A stretch of DNA of 64,000 bases from Chiloscyllium plagiosum. Taxonomy: Eukaryota. A model generated the notes under the pieces. It saw only the letters and a program-made list of their open reading frames with translations. It made no database searches and was not told the DNA's origin. Positions 13,150-26,657 of this stretch are shown piece by piece. Position 1 is the stretch's first letter. Every line of letters starts with the position of its first letter. The stretch lies in NCBI RefSeq assembly GCF_004010195.1, contig NC_057720.1, positions 17,023,849 to 17,087,848 on the forward strand. The letters are read 5' to 3'. The position numbers were made by a program, and so were the translations under genes.

Positions 13150-13480
13150 ATGTGAGTCTGGGATGGCAAAGGGATCAAACACACTCCCTTTTTGATGGGG
13201 AGTCATCTTTGTACAGCAACTTACAACATTGGTGCACATAGTGTAAGCAGGGTAGCGGTCAAGCAGATCATTATGCTGCTAAAGGTACACTCCCACTGCT
13301 TGGACCAGTCAGGGGAAGTCTCTCCAGTTTGGTCTGAACAGACTGTGCCACATCATCCTGGCTGTATACTGTGCTTTGCAAATCTGAGCAGACAATGAGT
13401 TGATAATGATCAATACTGAGGAAATGGGAGAGTAGGAACAATCTTCAAAGGAAGAGGATGAAGACACTGGGGAAGCGGAA
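13150..13480 (+). mobile_element. PIF/Harbinger transposase fossil (C-terminal DDE region)
   Basis: GKGIKHTPFLM...YNIGAHSVSRVAVKQIIMLLKVHSHCLDQSG resembles the Harbinger consensus GDxGYP..WLMTP..YNxAHxxTRxxVEQxIGxLKxRFRCLDxSG; followed by an acidic (E/D) tract. Confidence 0.6.
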
Positions 13481-13747
13481 GCTGTCCTTGTCCATGACAG
13501 AGCTCAGCTGTTAGGGGTGCTACAAACCAGACAGGAACAGCCCCTTCCAATGGATGGGAGCAGGGTCCTGTTCACCATCATTGACTGGAAAATAGTCATT
13601 CAGCATAATACCAGCATTTGGTTAACATTGTGGCAGCAACTTGCAGCCTCTATTGGTTTTATTTGTGTTCACTTTTGGTGGTTGTAAATAAATTATCATG
13701 GTTAGAACTGCCCAATTATCTACCACTACGTGATGGTCCCCTCACAA

Positions 13748-14690
13748 ACAAAATCAGAAGTAGCTGAAAAAGCTCAGCAGGTCAGGCAGCATCTGCAAAG
13801 AGAAATCAAAGTTAATGTTTTGGGTCCGGTGACTCTTCCTCAGAACTGATAGTAGCTAGGAAAATGTTGGTTTATATGCAGAAAATAGGGTGTGGGGAGG
13901 GGGTAAGGAGTACATGATAGGTAAGGATAGAGCCCAAAGAGAGAGAGAAGAGGAGTTAGGCAGACAAAGGAATTGAGAACAATCTGGTTAGGAGGGTGAA
14001 TAGCTGTTAATGGAGACTGCCAATGGCTAACAATAGGTAATGTGTAATGGCAGACTATGTGATAACAAGGCCTGGTGTGCGGGTAGGGGCCCAGGACATG
14101 GGAGAGTTCAGGCCCTAAAATTATTGAACTCGATATTGAATATGGACGGCTGCAGGGTCCCCAGGCGGAAAATCAGGTGTTGTTCTTTCAGCTTGCGCCG
14201 GGCTTGTGGGCGGCACGGTGTCACAGTGGTTAGCACTGCTGCCTCACAACGCCAGTGACCGGGTTCAATTCCCGCCTCAGGCGACTGACTGTGTGGAGTT
14301 TGTACATCCTCCCCGTATCTGCGTGGGTTTCCTCCGGGTGCTCCGGTTTCCTCCCACAGTCCAAAGATGTGCAGGTCAGGTGAATTGGCCATGCTAAATT
14401 GCCCGTAGTGTTAGGTGAAGGGATAAATGTAGGGGAATGGGTCTGGGTGGGTTGCGCTTCGGCGGGTCGGTGAAGACTTATTGGGCCGAAGGGCCTGTTT
14501 CCACACTGTAAGTAATCTAATCTAATCATTCACTGGAGCACTGCAGCAAGCCTCAGACAGAGATGTTGGCCAGGGAATAGGGTGGGATGTTAAAGTGGTA
14601 GGCAACTGGAAGCTCAGGGTCATTTTTTGCAGGCAGAGTGTAAATGTTCTGCAAAGCAGTCACACAGTCTATGCTTTGTTTCCTTAATGT
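13748..14690 (-). mobile_element. Penelope-like element (GIY-YIG C-terminus plus pLTR), split by HE1
   Basis: RRKLKEQHLIFRLGTLQPSIFNIEFNNFR on the minus strand; hammerhead motif at 13810-13847. Confidence 0.8.
14205..14527 (+). mobile_element. HE1-type SINE (young)
   Basis: gtgggcggcacggtgtcacagtgg...ggttcaattcc...(aatct)n. Confidence 0.92.
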
Positions 14691-15179
14691 AAAAGTGCGA
14701 TTGTCTCCTACCGGACAATCTGCAGTGGGATTAAGGACAAAGTAGCACTAACTTGGAGATGGTGTTTAAACAGGATGACATTAAGGTCATGTGGTGGTTA
14801 AACAATGACAAGGGTGAGAGATAGGGGTTGCAAATGTGAGAAAGCATCATCCGTGCTGGCTGCGAGTTGTGAACCACATGCCTTTATGGTGGCTGTGTCA
14901 TTACATCTGAGTCAGGAGCAATACCGAATGCCAAACTTGGCTGGGTGCACAGCGGACATTTCAAGTAGCATGAGTGCAAGAGCTGCTGGTCTTTTAGTGG
15001 ATAGCCACTAAGTGGCCTGTTGGTCTGAGAATGGCTCACCATAAGCTGGCAAGAATCAGATGAGAGGGGCACATTAGGAACAAGGTAGGTAGTTAATGAG
15101 GAACAGATGGTAAGATACGGTGAGAAATCTAACAAGGCCTCATGGCAAAGAACCTTCCAAGTCATCATGAAAGGCATGG

Positions 15180-15545
15180 ATAGTTTATAAAATCATGAGG
15201 GGCATGGATAGAATAAATAGACAAGGTCTTTTCCCTGGGGTGAGAAAGTCCAGAACTAGAGGACATCGGTTTAGGGTGAGAGCGGAAAAATTTAAAAGGG
15301 ACCTAGGAGGCAGCTTTTTCACAGAAGGTGGTGCATGTATGGAATGAGCTGACAGAGGAAGTGGTGGAGGCTGGTAAAATTACAACATTTAAAAGGCATC
15401 TGGATGGGTGTATGAATAGGAAAGGTTTGGAGGAATATTGGCCACGTGCTGGCAAATGGGACTAGATTAGGTTGGGATCTCTGGTCGGCATGCATGAGTT
15501 GGACTGAAGGGTCTGTTTCCATGTTGTACATCTCTCTGACTCTGA
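15180..15545 (+). mobile_element. CR1 3' end
   Basis: gtttataaaatcatgaggggcatggatag...gggtctgtttccatgttgtacatctctctgactct. Confidence 0.85.
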
Positions 15546-15924
15546 CTGGCACTTCTGCTAAAAACACACAAGTTTCAGCCCAGCATCTCAGCTCTTTCAC
15601 TATCAATTGTTCAAACCCGCAGATTGTGGAAAACATTATAGAAATGTACAAAGCTGGTCAATATTTTGCAAACTCTCCCAACCGAGTGATCAGAAACATA
15701 ATTGCACCATTTTAGAAGAACCTTCAGACACATTCGCTGCATTCCCAAGATTCACTTCCTCATTGCCCTCTTTCCCCTTGTCAAGTGTCTTCCTCTATTC
15801 AAAAGACTACTTAAGATCTATTTCTTTGATCATGGTTTCATCTTCCAAAGAAGAGCCATATAGAACTTGAATTGGTAACTTTGTTTATTTCCCCACTGAT
15901 GCTGCCAGACCTTCTGAGTTTAGG

Positions 15925-16560
15925 ATCAATGAGATGTACAGCACTTAAACTGACCCTCTGGTCCAGCTCGGCTATGTTGACAATATATACTAAATTAAAC
16001 TCGTCCCATTTGCCAGTATTTGGACCATATCCCTCTAAACCTTATTATTTACATATCCAAATGCTTTTAAATGTTGTAATTGTACCAGTCTCCACCACTT
16101 TCTCTGGCAGCTCATTCCATACACTGACCAACCTCTGCATTAAAAAGTTGCTCCTTTTAAATCTTTCCCCTCTCACCTTAAACTTATGTCCCCTGGTTTT
16201 GGACATACCTTGGCTATTCACCCTATCCATGTCCCTCATGATTTTATAATCTTGTGTAATGTCATCCCTCAGCCTCCAATGCTCCAGAGAAAATGGCCCC
16301 AGCCTATTCAGCTTCTCCCTACAACTCAAACCCTCCAACCCTGGCAATGACGTTATAAATCTTTTCTGAACCCTTTCAAGTTTCACAACATCCTTCCTAT
16401 AGCAGGGAAACCAGAATTGCAATCAATATTTCAAAAGTGGCCTAACCAATATCCTGGACCGCTGCAATATAACCTCCCAACTCATCTCTTCAATGCACTG
16501 ACCAATAAAAACAAGTGTGCCAAACATCATCTTCACTACCCTGTCTACCTGCAACTGCAC
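15925..16560 (-). mobile_element. CR1 ORF2 C-terminus and 3' end
   Basis: ORF track QFWFPCYRKDVVKLERVQKRF...TRGHKFKV. Confidence 0.85.
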
Positions 16561-18659
16561 GTTTTCCAGCACTTTCTGATTTTATTTTCATTCACTTCTC
16601 CTAGTTTCTCTCCTATGTTCTGCTCATGTCCTTCAATCTCTCCAGTTTTCTTTGAGACATTTTGTTAGACAGCCAACAGCCACTTTATAAGTGTAAGTTA
16701 TTGCAATTGAATGTTATTTTCACAAGGTTAGCTGTCCCTTTCTTTGCAAAGAGATGCTTTGCGCGTATAGCTGAAATTCCTCAGCTATTTCACAGTCACT
16801 AATTTGTTTAAAATAAATGAGTTAATAACTTTGCAAAAATAGATTTCACAATTCCATAAAAATATTTCAGTCAATTTTTTACAAACAGCAGGCAATGAAA
16901 AGCTTCAGCCCCTTATGTAAAAACAAGGCTTTATTTTTTTCAATTGGTGTGACATTTCAGGTTTAAATCAGGGATGTGCTTGAAAAACAATTGTGTTTAT
17001 TAGCTCTTGCCAAAGGATATAAACTGATAAATTGAATAAGGGTAATTGCAACATTGCAAGTAACTTTTTTTCAATGCAATTTGTTAAGGTTTAATTTGGT
17101 CCACTTTATTTTTTAAACAGTCTGTCATACTTTGGTGTTGTAAATGTTTTAAACGTATTTTTGCATAAATATTTGAAAACGACCAAAGACAGAAGAGTTA
17201 ATATAAACAACACTGCTGTAATAAATTCTGGAGGCCACACTCTTACCTCTTCATTAAACCTTCCCATATAAGGTGATGATTTGTACTAGCAAACACAGAC
17301 TTCATGCAACTTGTGGAAAATAAGACTATCATTTACAAACCGTTCTTTCTAAGTAATGAGAGCTATTATTTAACAAAGGTTTTCTGAAACACTTTACGTG
17401 ACGTTAATATCTTTTGCTCTCTGGCATCATCTGCGAAAACAAAATAGTTGCAGATGTCTTTTTGCACTGATTGCAGAGAATTTCTAAACCCAGAAAGCCT
17501 TGAGGCCCCCAAGTCCTTGTAATTTCTGCTGTTTATGTAATTTCAGCATAACACGTCACTGAGAAGTTATTTATCTGGTAGCACTGTGGCCAAAGCTGGC
17601 AGGCAACACTGTCTGCCAGTGTCTGGTGATCCATCATTTCCTCCTTCACTCAGTCGTACTGTCTGTGGTTTTTTTTTAATAAGATACTGGATGACACCCA
17701 GGCTTATTCGTGTCCAAGGCATGCTTAAATACCTCTTTCGTAAGCACCATATCTGGAAGTTTCATTTCCACTAAGCACCTTGCATTATGTCCTGTGGTTA
17801 GTAATTTGGTATGCTTCAGCTCCAAAACATAATATAATTTGTGCCTTACACTGATCATTGTGGCTTTTGTAAATATATTTGAGTGTACCAAAAGTGATAT
17901 AAATCTATGATGTAACTAAGACTGAATAATTCATGTCAAATAAAACTGGCAAATGGATTACTATCTTTTGGAATTCACCTGAGAAGTTGGATTTTCTGAG
18001 CATCAATAAGACCATCAAAAGGAAAAAAAAATTGATTACTTATGTAGATTTGTTCAAAGATGTTAGAATTGGCCTAAATCTTTTCTTTTAATTCTTCCGC
18101 TGACACTTTTAGGCACTGCTGGGTTTCCTGGCCAAAGCTTTAACCAGAGACACTGCACTGAGAAGAGAAATATTGTTGGTGAGAGTTTGCCTCCCACAGG
18201 GTGTTTACCTGATGTGGCAATACTCATGTTAAGAAGCCAGGCATGAATACTATATTTTGATATTCAAGAGTCCAACAGACATTTATTACAGTTAACTGTT
18301 ATATTCACGCATTACTCACAGCCTCATAAGTGTCTGAGCTGACATTAAGCTATCAGATCTTGTAGTGTCTCATATTTTAAGTAAGATGAAACATCTTTAC
18401 ACCATCAGATCATACACTATGGTAGTGATGGCATTGTAAGCATGCCTCTTAAAGGCAGACTGTGAAACAGAATTCAACATCCCCCTTTTTTCCAAAAATA
18501 GAAATGTATCCCAAACAGGTATACATGGTTGTACATGGACAGTTTGCCAATTCGGTAATAATAGAAACAGGTAAAATAGAGTCTTCAAAATGAACATTTC
18601 AAACTTCAATATAACACTTTGAAAGTTTCAGAAATCATTCTGATCTGAAAATGTACTTA

Positions 18660-19470
18660 TTCTTTTCCTTTGCACTTGTTTGATATCCTGGTTGTCTTAC
18701 TGCTGGTTGCTGACATTAAGTATCACATATAGTTGACATTGTTGGAGTGTTCTTCATTTTTTATTAATGCATGATTGTAGAGCTGTTCATTGGTCTGAAT
18801 TGACTTGTGTTCTTTTGCAAAGCAGCACCAAGATCGATGATGATCTCATATGATGTGAGTTGATTGCATATTCTAGTCATCTTTGCTGAAATCTAAATGC
18901 TTGAGTTTGACTTTCTAACTAGGACTCCACTGATAGTGCAGTTTTTTTTTAGTTCTGTATCCGCTTACTCACCATGTACCTCTTTCATTCACCTCAGCTT
19001 TTTGAAAATGAATATCTCTACCTTGAAATGATATGACAACTAGCTGCTTGGCAATGTCATTCAGACTTGCCTTCTGAGCACAAGTTGTCCTGAGGATAGT
19101 AATCCCACCTCCATGAAAATGCAGCAATACAATGTGAGAATCATGTTTAGTTGCTTGGCACTTAATAGTCATTGACTTGGTAGTGTGGACCAATCATTCT
19201 GCGAGAACGTTTGAGTGTGGAAAGGGTGATGACAATTTTATATGGGTCTCTCCTCACTTAGTACATATCTTGAAGCCAGTGTACTGTGGTCTGTTATCAG
19301 GCACTGTCAGGCACTGAATGAACTGAAAATAGCATTCATTGTATCTTGCAGTATTCATGCACATTGAGTTGCTAAAGAAATTTAGAGTGATCATCAGTCA
19401 CAAGGTTGTAATCTTCTCCATGCACTGTGAATAGGTTGCTACTTTCATCCAAGGAGTAAATGAAACATTC
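18660..19470 (-). mobile_element. Ty3/Gypsy integrase fossil
   Basis: Minus strand reads PWMKVA/LFTVHGEDYNLVTDDHSKF, then VPDNRPQYTG...HIKLSSPFPHSNVLAE*LVHTTK...DSHIVLLH, then LTSYEIIIDLGAALQKNTSQFRP, in Gypsy integrase motif order, with stops and frameshifts. Confidence 0.75.
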
Positions 19471-19929
19471 CTAAAATTTTGGTAGGACCTGTACAAACTT
19501 AAACATTTCCTACTGGATTTTAGATTATGACCAGGATTCTTCCCAATAAAGTCTGCTTCTACATCTGACATTTTTTTAAAACTTCAGCATCTTTAGTTTT
19601 TATTTGTTTTCTTACTGCTTCTTTTACTCATCTCCCTGTTCTTTTCCTTTGCAATTCTAATTCTCTCATGTCCATTTACATTCTTCTCAATTCCATCTCC
19701 TTTTCCTGTTTCCTAGGCTCCATTCCTTGTCTTTATCTCAAGCTGCTTTCACTGTAATTCAATATTATCTGATTTTGATGTTGCATTACCTGGAGTATCA
19801 AGTCCCTCCAGTATTTCTACTAAACTCAAAAGCTGTGCTAGCCCTAACAGTTACGTCTGGCTTCTTAGAGTTAGCAGGCAATTCCACTTCTGACCTACTT
19901 GCCAATTCAGTTAACCTGGCTTTTGTAAT

Positions 19930-20240
19930 GATTAGATTAGATTCACTACAGTGTGGAAACAGGCCCTTTGGCCCAACCAGTCCATACCGACCCTCTGAAG
20001 AGTAACCCACCCAGGCCCAATGCCCTCTGACTAATGCACCTAACACTATGGGCAATTTAGCATGACCAAGTCACTTGACCTGCACATCTTTGGATTGTGA
20101 AAGGAAGCCGGAGCACCCGGAGAAAACCCACGCACACATGGGGAGAATGTGCAAACTCCACACAGACAGTCACCCAAGGCTGGAATCGAACCTGGGGGTT
20201 CCTCGTGCTCTGAGGCAGCAGTGTTAGCCACTGTGCCGTC
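19930..20240 (-). mobile_element. HE1-type SINE
   Basis: gattagattag tail, V-domain, B box; tgtaa at both junctions. Confidence 0.88.
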
Positions 20241-20400
20241 TGTAAGGGACAACTCTGCAGCACTTTTACAGTTTTCAGTGCTGTTTTCATATTTTCAGTA
20301 TAGAACTTGGTGTTTCCTTTACCTTTATCTTGAATAATCCCACACTCAATTCCTCATTTTCTCTATATCAAAGCAATCCTGGCCAGATTGTCCAATCTGT

Positions 20401-21333
20401 TGTCACGACCCATTGGAGAGCGCACTGTTACTCAATCCCCACTAGTCTCAAGGTCATAAGTTAAAATCAAATTACTCAAAGTTCCACTATTTACTTATCT
20501 GATGGACTCAGGTTAACAGAAATCACTGACCAAATTTATGTCCATAATGAGAAACTATTATTTATTGCAAGAAATCAATTCTAACCATAACCAAACTAAA
20601 ATATAGTGTATCAATGTCTATTAGTTAAGACTGTACCTCCCTTTTTAAACCTCTACACACACATACAGACAGACAGAAATGGATGTTATGGATGAAGGAA
20701 AAAGCATTGGACAAGCACAGTTCAATAACAGTAAGATCTGATTCCCAAGACGTTTTGATTCCCAATCTCCTTACTTCCATGTTTCCAAATTTTTTCAGTT
20801 CTTTGCAGAAGACACAAAGTGGTTGTCACACTAGTTATAAAGTCTTTCAGTTACTGCTTCGAGACAACAGCTTACAGTGACTGGTGGGAAAGTCTACCTA
20901 GCTGTGTCCAGACTTTCTTTATTTTTCCGCAGAGAGAGAAAGAGGGAGCAAGAAATAGACTTTGTCTTTTCTGTAGTTTTTCCACCTGTATCATAAAGAC
21001 TCAAATTGTTCACTTGCCCATAAGCCAGTCAGAGAACTGTTGTCACGCTGATGACTTCTGGCATCCATAATTCATCCCAATTACACAAACAGACCAGCAA
21101 TTGGTCACTAGCCAAAGTTCACTTACATACACACCTGGTGCAATGTTTGAACAAAGTAACTGTGTAAGTATAACTCATAATGAGTTCCAGTAACTTTTTT
21201 TTAAGAGTGAAACAACCCCTTCTTCAGTATTGGTTCAAAATAATCCGTTTCCCATTTTTGTCTAAATCCAATGTAAAATTAAAGCAAAACTATGCTCTTT
21301 CCAGCTTTTGTTTAAGAATTGTGGGCTTGTAGC
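20401..21333 (-). mobile_element. Possible solo LTR
   Basis: Bounded by tgtcacga...tgtagca, with minus-strand AATAAA near 20560; no TSD found. Confidence 0.25.
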
Positions 21334-21814
21334 ACCAGGTTTATAGCTGCCAGGATTCACACCACAACAGGAATGATGAAGTCATGTGGGCATCTTTTCT
21401 TAAATGTCATGTCTATTTGGAAAAAGAAAATGGCGGACCTGATCAATGTCTGATCATAGGTGAATGTTCCTAATGTAGAAATTGGCTTCTTCAGCATTTT
21501 GAAGCTGTATATTTTAAAGGGGGGCTTTGGAGCTGCACTTCCACAACTGCTTCTAAAAATTGGATCAGTAACCTTTTGCATATTTTCTAGAGAGTGAGAT
21601 AGAATTCTCACTGTGCTCCGATGCAAATCTGTAACCTTTTGATTGTATTTCTAACTTCAGCCTTGTAATTTTTTTAATTTCTTAGGTCTTGAAAGAAGTT
21701 ATACTTGAATCAGAAAGGATATTAATGATGTCTCCAAGCTGGTCAATTCTTAACTGAAACTAATCCTGCTGAAGGGTGAGAAACTGACCCTTTATCTGCA
21801 TTGATGAGTAAATC

Positions 21815-22530
21815 ATGTCCACCATCTACAAGGCACAAGTCAGCAGTGTGCTGTTCCAACAGCACTAAAACAGTTCAACACTATCCAGGCCAAAGCAACC
21901 CACTTGATTAGCAACCCTTCGGCCATCTTCAACATTCAGTCCCTTCACCACAAATGCAAGTGGCAGCAGTGTGTACCACCTACTAGATACACCACAACAA
22001 CTCAGAAATCTTCCTTCAACAGCACCTTCTAAACCTGTGAACTTTACCACCTAGAGGGGCAAGAGTATCACCACCACCTGCAAGATCCCCTCCAAACCAC
22101 TCACCATCCTGACTTGGAAGTACATTACCATTCCTTCAGTGTCACTGGGTCAAAGTCCTGGAACTCTCTGTCAAACACTATTGTGAGTGTACCTAAATCT
22201 CATGGACTGCTGCAGTTCAAAAAAATGGCTCACCACCATCTTCTGAAGAAAGGATGGACAATAAGTTCAGGCCTTGCCATTAATCCTCACTATCCATGGC
22301 TGACTTGAAAGGCAATGACCCTGTTTTCTTAGAAATTGTCAGGATAGAATCAGTTCTGATTAAGGATCTTCTTTAATGTGTTCATGAAATGTGGGCATCA
22401 TTGGCTCAGCCAGCATTTAATGTTCATCCCTAGTTGCCCTTGAGAGGGTGATGATGAGCTATCTTCTTGAAGTGCTGCAGTCCTTTTGGTATAGATGCCC
22501 CACGATGCCATTCGGGAGGGTGCTCCAGGA
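21815..22530. mobile_element. Zenon-like LINE 3' fragments (plus 21815-22290, minus 22370-22530)
   Basis: tccaccatctacaaggcacaagtcag (STIYKAQV) and tail matching 51590-52090. Confidence 0.75.
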
Positions 22531-23109
22531 CACATATAATTCCTTGCGGATTCCGTCCTGGTCTCTTTAGTGCAGCTAATGGACTATTTATGTAGATTTT
22601 TGAAAGCAGATCACCCTTCAGCCCTTTCTTCTGGTGACCATGGACCTAAAGAGATGACATAATACAAGGAAACAATGAGGGACAATGAGTCACATTAAAA
22701 TGAAAATGATCTACTATTCTGTAAACTATTATTGATCCGACAGAAAATGTCAATCTCCAGAATCATTAAGGTGTTTCTGATCCAATTTTTGGGATAACTG
22801 TCCATGCTAATGATTTAAGCCCAGAAACCACTCTGTTTTGATTAAAGATTTCAAACACCATGTTCTTCAATTCACGTATTATATTAAATTATATATTCGG
22901 TATCCCGTAGTGAATTTCAACCACAAATGGAGCATGTGTGCTGGCAGAAGGCTAGCCATAGTCATACAGTCCAGAAATAGGCCCTTCGGTCCAACTTGTC
23001 CATGCCGACCTGGTTTCATAAACTGAACTAGTCCCATTTGGCCCATATCCCTCTCAACCTTTCCTTTCCATGCACCAGTCCAAATGTCTCTGGCACTACC
23101 ACTTCCTCT

Positions 23110-23737
23110 CAGCTGGGCCACAAGGGCCAGCCATGTGGTCTTCTCTACATCGGTAAGACCAAATGTGAACTGAGGGCATGTTTCGTCGAGCTTCTCAGCC
23201 AGGCCTGCCAGCCTGACCTCCCGGTCACCGCCCATTTCAATTCCCCTTCCCACTCCCTCTCTGACATGTCTATCCTTGGCTTCCTCCATTGCCACAGTGA
23301 ATCAGACTGCAAATTGGAGGAACAACACCTTATCTTCAACCTGGACAGCCTACAGCCCTGAGGGCTCAACATTAAGTTCTCCAATTTCAAGTAACCTTCC
23401 CATCCATCCCCAATTCCCTTCCCAGCCCCTCCCCTCTCTTCCATTTCTCGTGCCGACCCTTCCTTCCAGCTACCAACCGGATTCATCCTCCCATCGACCA
23501 ACCATGTTGACCCACCACCTGTCACTGCCTCACCACTCCGTCCCTCTTCACACCCATAAAGTGCCCCCCCCATCCATTTATCTGTAGCTCCCCCTACCCC
23601 ACCTCCATTCCTGAAGAAGAGGTGTACCCAAAACGTCGACTTCTCCACCTCCTGTTGCTGCCTGGCTTGCTGTTATCTTCTAGCCTCTTGCCTGTCTACT
23701 TTGGATTCCAACATCTGCTGTTTTTTTTTTGTCTCTC
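23110..23737 (+). mobile_element. 5'-truncated Penelope-like element inserted in a minus-strand CR1 tail
   Basis: CGLLYIGKTKCELR...VTAHFNSPSHSLSDMSILG...KLEEQHLIFNLDSLQP*GLN is GIY-YIG-like; TSD ccacttcctct at 23099-23109 and 23738-23748; hammerhead motif 23607-23640. Confidence 0.85.
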
Positions 23738-24773
23738 CCACTTCCTCTGGCAGCTTGTTCCATTTATGCTAATTCGGCAAATCTGACAAACCTTTATCCC
23801 TGCAGCATGCACCTTATGTTTGTGTAATTAACTGGACTCAGATACAAAAACTGCCTGCCATGTCTATAAATGTTAACTAGTGGCTTGCAGCTTGTTTTTT
23901 TTTTCCACTCCTTAATCAAGTAAGACCTGTCCAAAAGTTTGTCAAGCTCTTACTGTTCTCTACATCAATGATAGTGCTTTACATGAATTTTAAACTGTCT
24001 TTGCAGCAGTGGTGCTCATGTTTTTGTGTAAATATTCCATCACACTGGCCATTCGAATGTCTCTCTGAATGAGACTGCCCAATTAGTGCCTGTTTGTGGA
24101 CAGTGTGTGTCCATAAGGAATTGTCACAGGACTGCTTAGACTTCTTCCTTTTGGATTGTTAGTGCATTTAGAAGGATAAGGGTTCGTCTTAAAAATCAGG
24201 CAAGGCACGTCAGTGGGTGTGGGATCACAATGCGCGATTACTGCACAGTTAATGAAAGTGCAGCAAGCTCCTGCTGTCTTCTCACATCCATCAGTGTTAC
24301 ATGCAGGCTTGTATTGGACAGGCTGCTGTGGGAGTTCATTGGCAGCAGGAGTACCATGTTCATGTGAGGTTTGTTGTGGACTCTGTCATCCATCTCTACC
24401 TAGCATGTCGCTTCTTTCGGGGCTTCCTTGGTCCAGTCTGTGTGAGGGTATCACTTGAGGTCTGGCCCCAGCTAGATCCTATTTTATTCTCCCTTGATGC
24501 TACGATAGTGGGGGCTGCACATTCAGACTCCTACAACATCTCCCCCTGAGCTTTTGTTTTCTGATAACTTTTCTTGTTACACATTTGTTTACATAATTAT
24601 ATTTACCACAACCTCATCTTTCCTCAGATGCGTGGGAGCACTATCACCTGCAAAATCCCCTCCAAGCCATGAACCAACCTCACATGTAAATATGTCATCA
24701 CTTCCTTCAATGTTGCTGGGTCAAAATCCTGGCTGTCCCTTTTTGACAGGACTGTGGGTTTACCTGTTGTATA

Positions 24774-25093
24774 TGATTAGATTAGATTCCTTACAGTGTG
24801 GAAACAGGCCCTTTGGCCTAATAAGTCCACACAGACCCTCCGAAGAGCAACCCATCCATACCCATTCCCCTACATTTACCTGTTCACCTAACACTATGGG
24901 CAATTTAGCGTGGCCAATTCACCTGACCTGCACATTTTTGGACTGTGGGAGGAAACCGGAGCATCTGGAGGAAACCCACGCAGACACAGGGAGAATGTGC
25001 AAACTCCACACAGACAGTTGCCTGAGGCGGGAATTGAACCCGGGTCTCTGGCGCTGTGAGGCAGCAGTGCTAACCACTGTGCCACCATGCCAC
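24774..25093 (-). mobile_element. HE1-type SINE inserted in a Zenon-like tail
   Basis: Full HE1 structure; atatgat duplicated at 24771-24777 and 25094-25100. Confidence 0.9.
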
Positions 25094-25629
25094 ATATGAT
25101 CTGCAGCAATTCATGAAGGCAGCTGCCCACCACCTTCTGAAGGGCAGTTAGGGATAAACAATAAATGCTGATCCAGCCAGTTAAGCCCATGAATGGAATA
25201 AAATAAAATTTACTTAAAATCCTGCAGTAAACTCACTGACATTCTTCAGTCCCTCTTGCACAAAGTAGCCGGAAATAGCAGCAAGAACCCATTGGGAACG
25301 TGGACAGCTACATCTGCTGAGACCACTGAAGGATGCAGTGCTATGAATTATTGGTTTGGCAGTGACTTGGGCTGCTTCATTGCTGCAGTCATTCAAGATG
25401 ATTGTAATCTCCTGTCTTATGGACCTTCCTAAATCTCACTTATATTTTATTTATTCACTCATGAGACATGGTAAATAACCAGCATCGACAAGGCCCAAGT
25501 CAGGAGTATGGCTGCCTCCTCCCCATTTGCCTAGATGCGTGTAGCTCCAACAGCACTCTTTGGTATGATCCATGATAAAGTAGCATGCTTGACCATCAGA
25601 TTTTCTATCAACTTAAGCCGTTTTTCAGA

Positions 25630-26125
25630 GAAACAGGAGTAGGTCATTCAGCCAGGCTGCTCCACCATTCAGTTAGATCATGGCTAATCACCTACATAAG
25701 TGCCACTTTCCTGCATTATCTCCATATCCCCTGATATGAAATTCCTCGTCCCAGTCTAATATGGCCTACCGTCATTCTGAGATTGTGTTCCCTAGTTCCA
25801 GAGTCACCAGCGGGTAACAGGTTTTATCTACATCTGATTATCACACACTATAAGAATTTTGTCTGTTTGATTTAAAATGTGTCTCAATCTTCTAAACTTG
25901 GTTGAATTCACACCCAGTTTTCTTAATCTCTCTTCATCTAACAATCCTCTCATCCCAGGGATAAGTCTGGTGAAACTCTGTTGCACTTCCACTCTGGTGG
26001 GTACATCCTTTCTTAGGTAAGTGAACCAAACTTTCACACAGTATTCCAGATAACCTCAGCAAGGTTCAATAACCATCACTTTCCATTGTAATGAAAGCCA
26101 AGATACCATTTGCCTTCCTTACTGA
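25630..26125 (-). mobile_element. CR1 3' fragment
   Basis: ORF track WFTYLRKDV...FTRLIPGMRGLLDEERLRKLG. Confidence 0.75.
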
Positions 26126-26240
26126 GTGTTCCTCAACATGTTTAAACTCAGTGAATTAATAAATCTAGAATTATATTCTAGTCTCATGAATAAACAGCAT
26201 GAAACTACCAGACTGTCAGAAAAACCCATCTGGTTTTACA

Positions 26241-26312
26241 GTGATGGTGATATAATAGTGAGTTTAACAGCCTTCCAAGCAATTGGCCCAGGTTTAATTT
26301 CTGGCTATCACA
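26241..26312 (+). pseudogene. Degenerate tRNA-Gly(TCC) copy, head of a composite SINE
   Basis: 72 nt colinear with vertebrate tRNA-Gly-TCC (gccttccaagca anticodon arm; ggtttaatttctggc T arm), with many substitutions. Confidence 0.7.
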
Positions 26313-26332
26313 AGTTCAGAATTTATGGTCAA

Positions 26333-26657
26333 ACCAGTAGCTCAGTGGTTAGCACTGCAACCATGCAACACCAGGGATCAGGGTTCAAATCCACCCTCAG
26401 CTGTCTGTCTGGAGTTTGCACATTCTCTCCATGTCTGCATGGGTTTCCTCTGGGTGCTCTAGTTTCTTCCCATTGTTCAAAGTTGTACAGGTTAGGTAGA
26501 TTGGTCCCATAGTATCTGGGGATGTTCAAGTTAGGTAGGTTAGCCAGGGGAAATGTAGAGTTATAGGGATAGGGTGAGGAGCTGGGGGGATAGTCTTTGG
26601 AGGGTTGGTATGAGCTCAATGGTCAAATGGCCTCTTTCCACATTTGGGGATTCTATG
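26333..26657 (+). mobile_element. HE1-type SINE (second unit of the composite)
   Basis: gtagctcagtggttagcactgc...gggttcaaatcc...ggagtttgcacattctc. Confidence 0.8.

Noticed and set aside
21686..21775. Plus-strand exon-like segment (ttcttag|...AGG|gtgaga)
   Set aside because: Stops in all three frames and no partner exons
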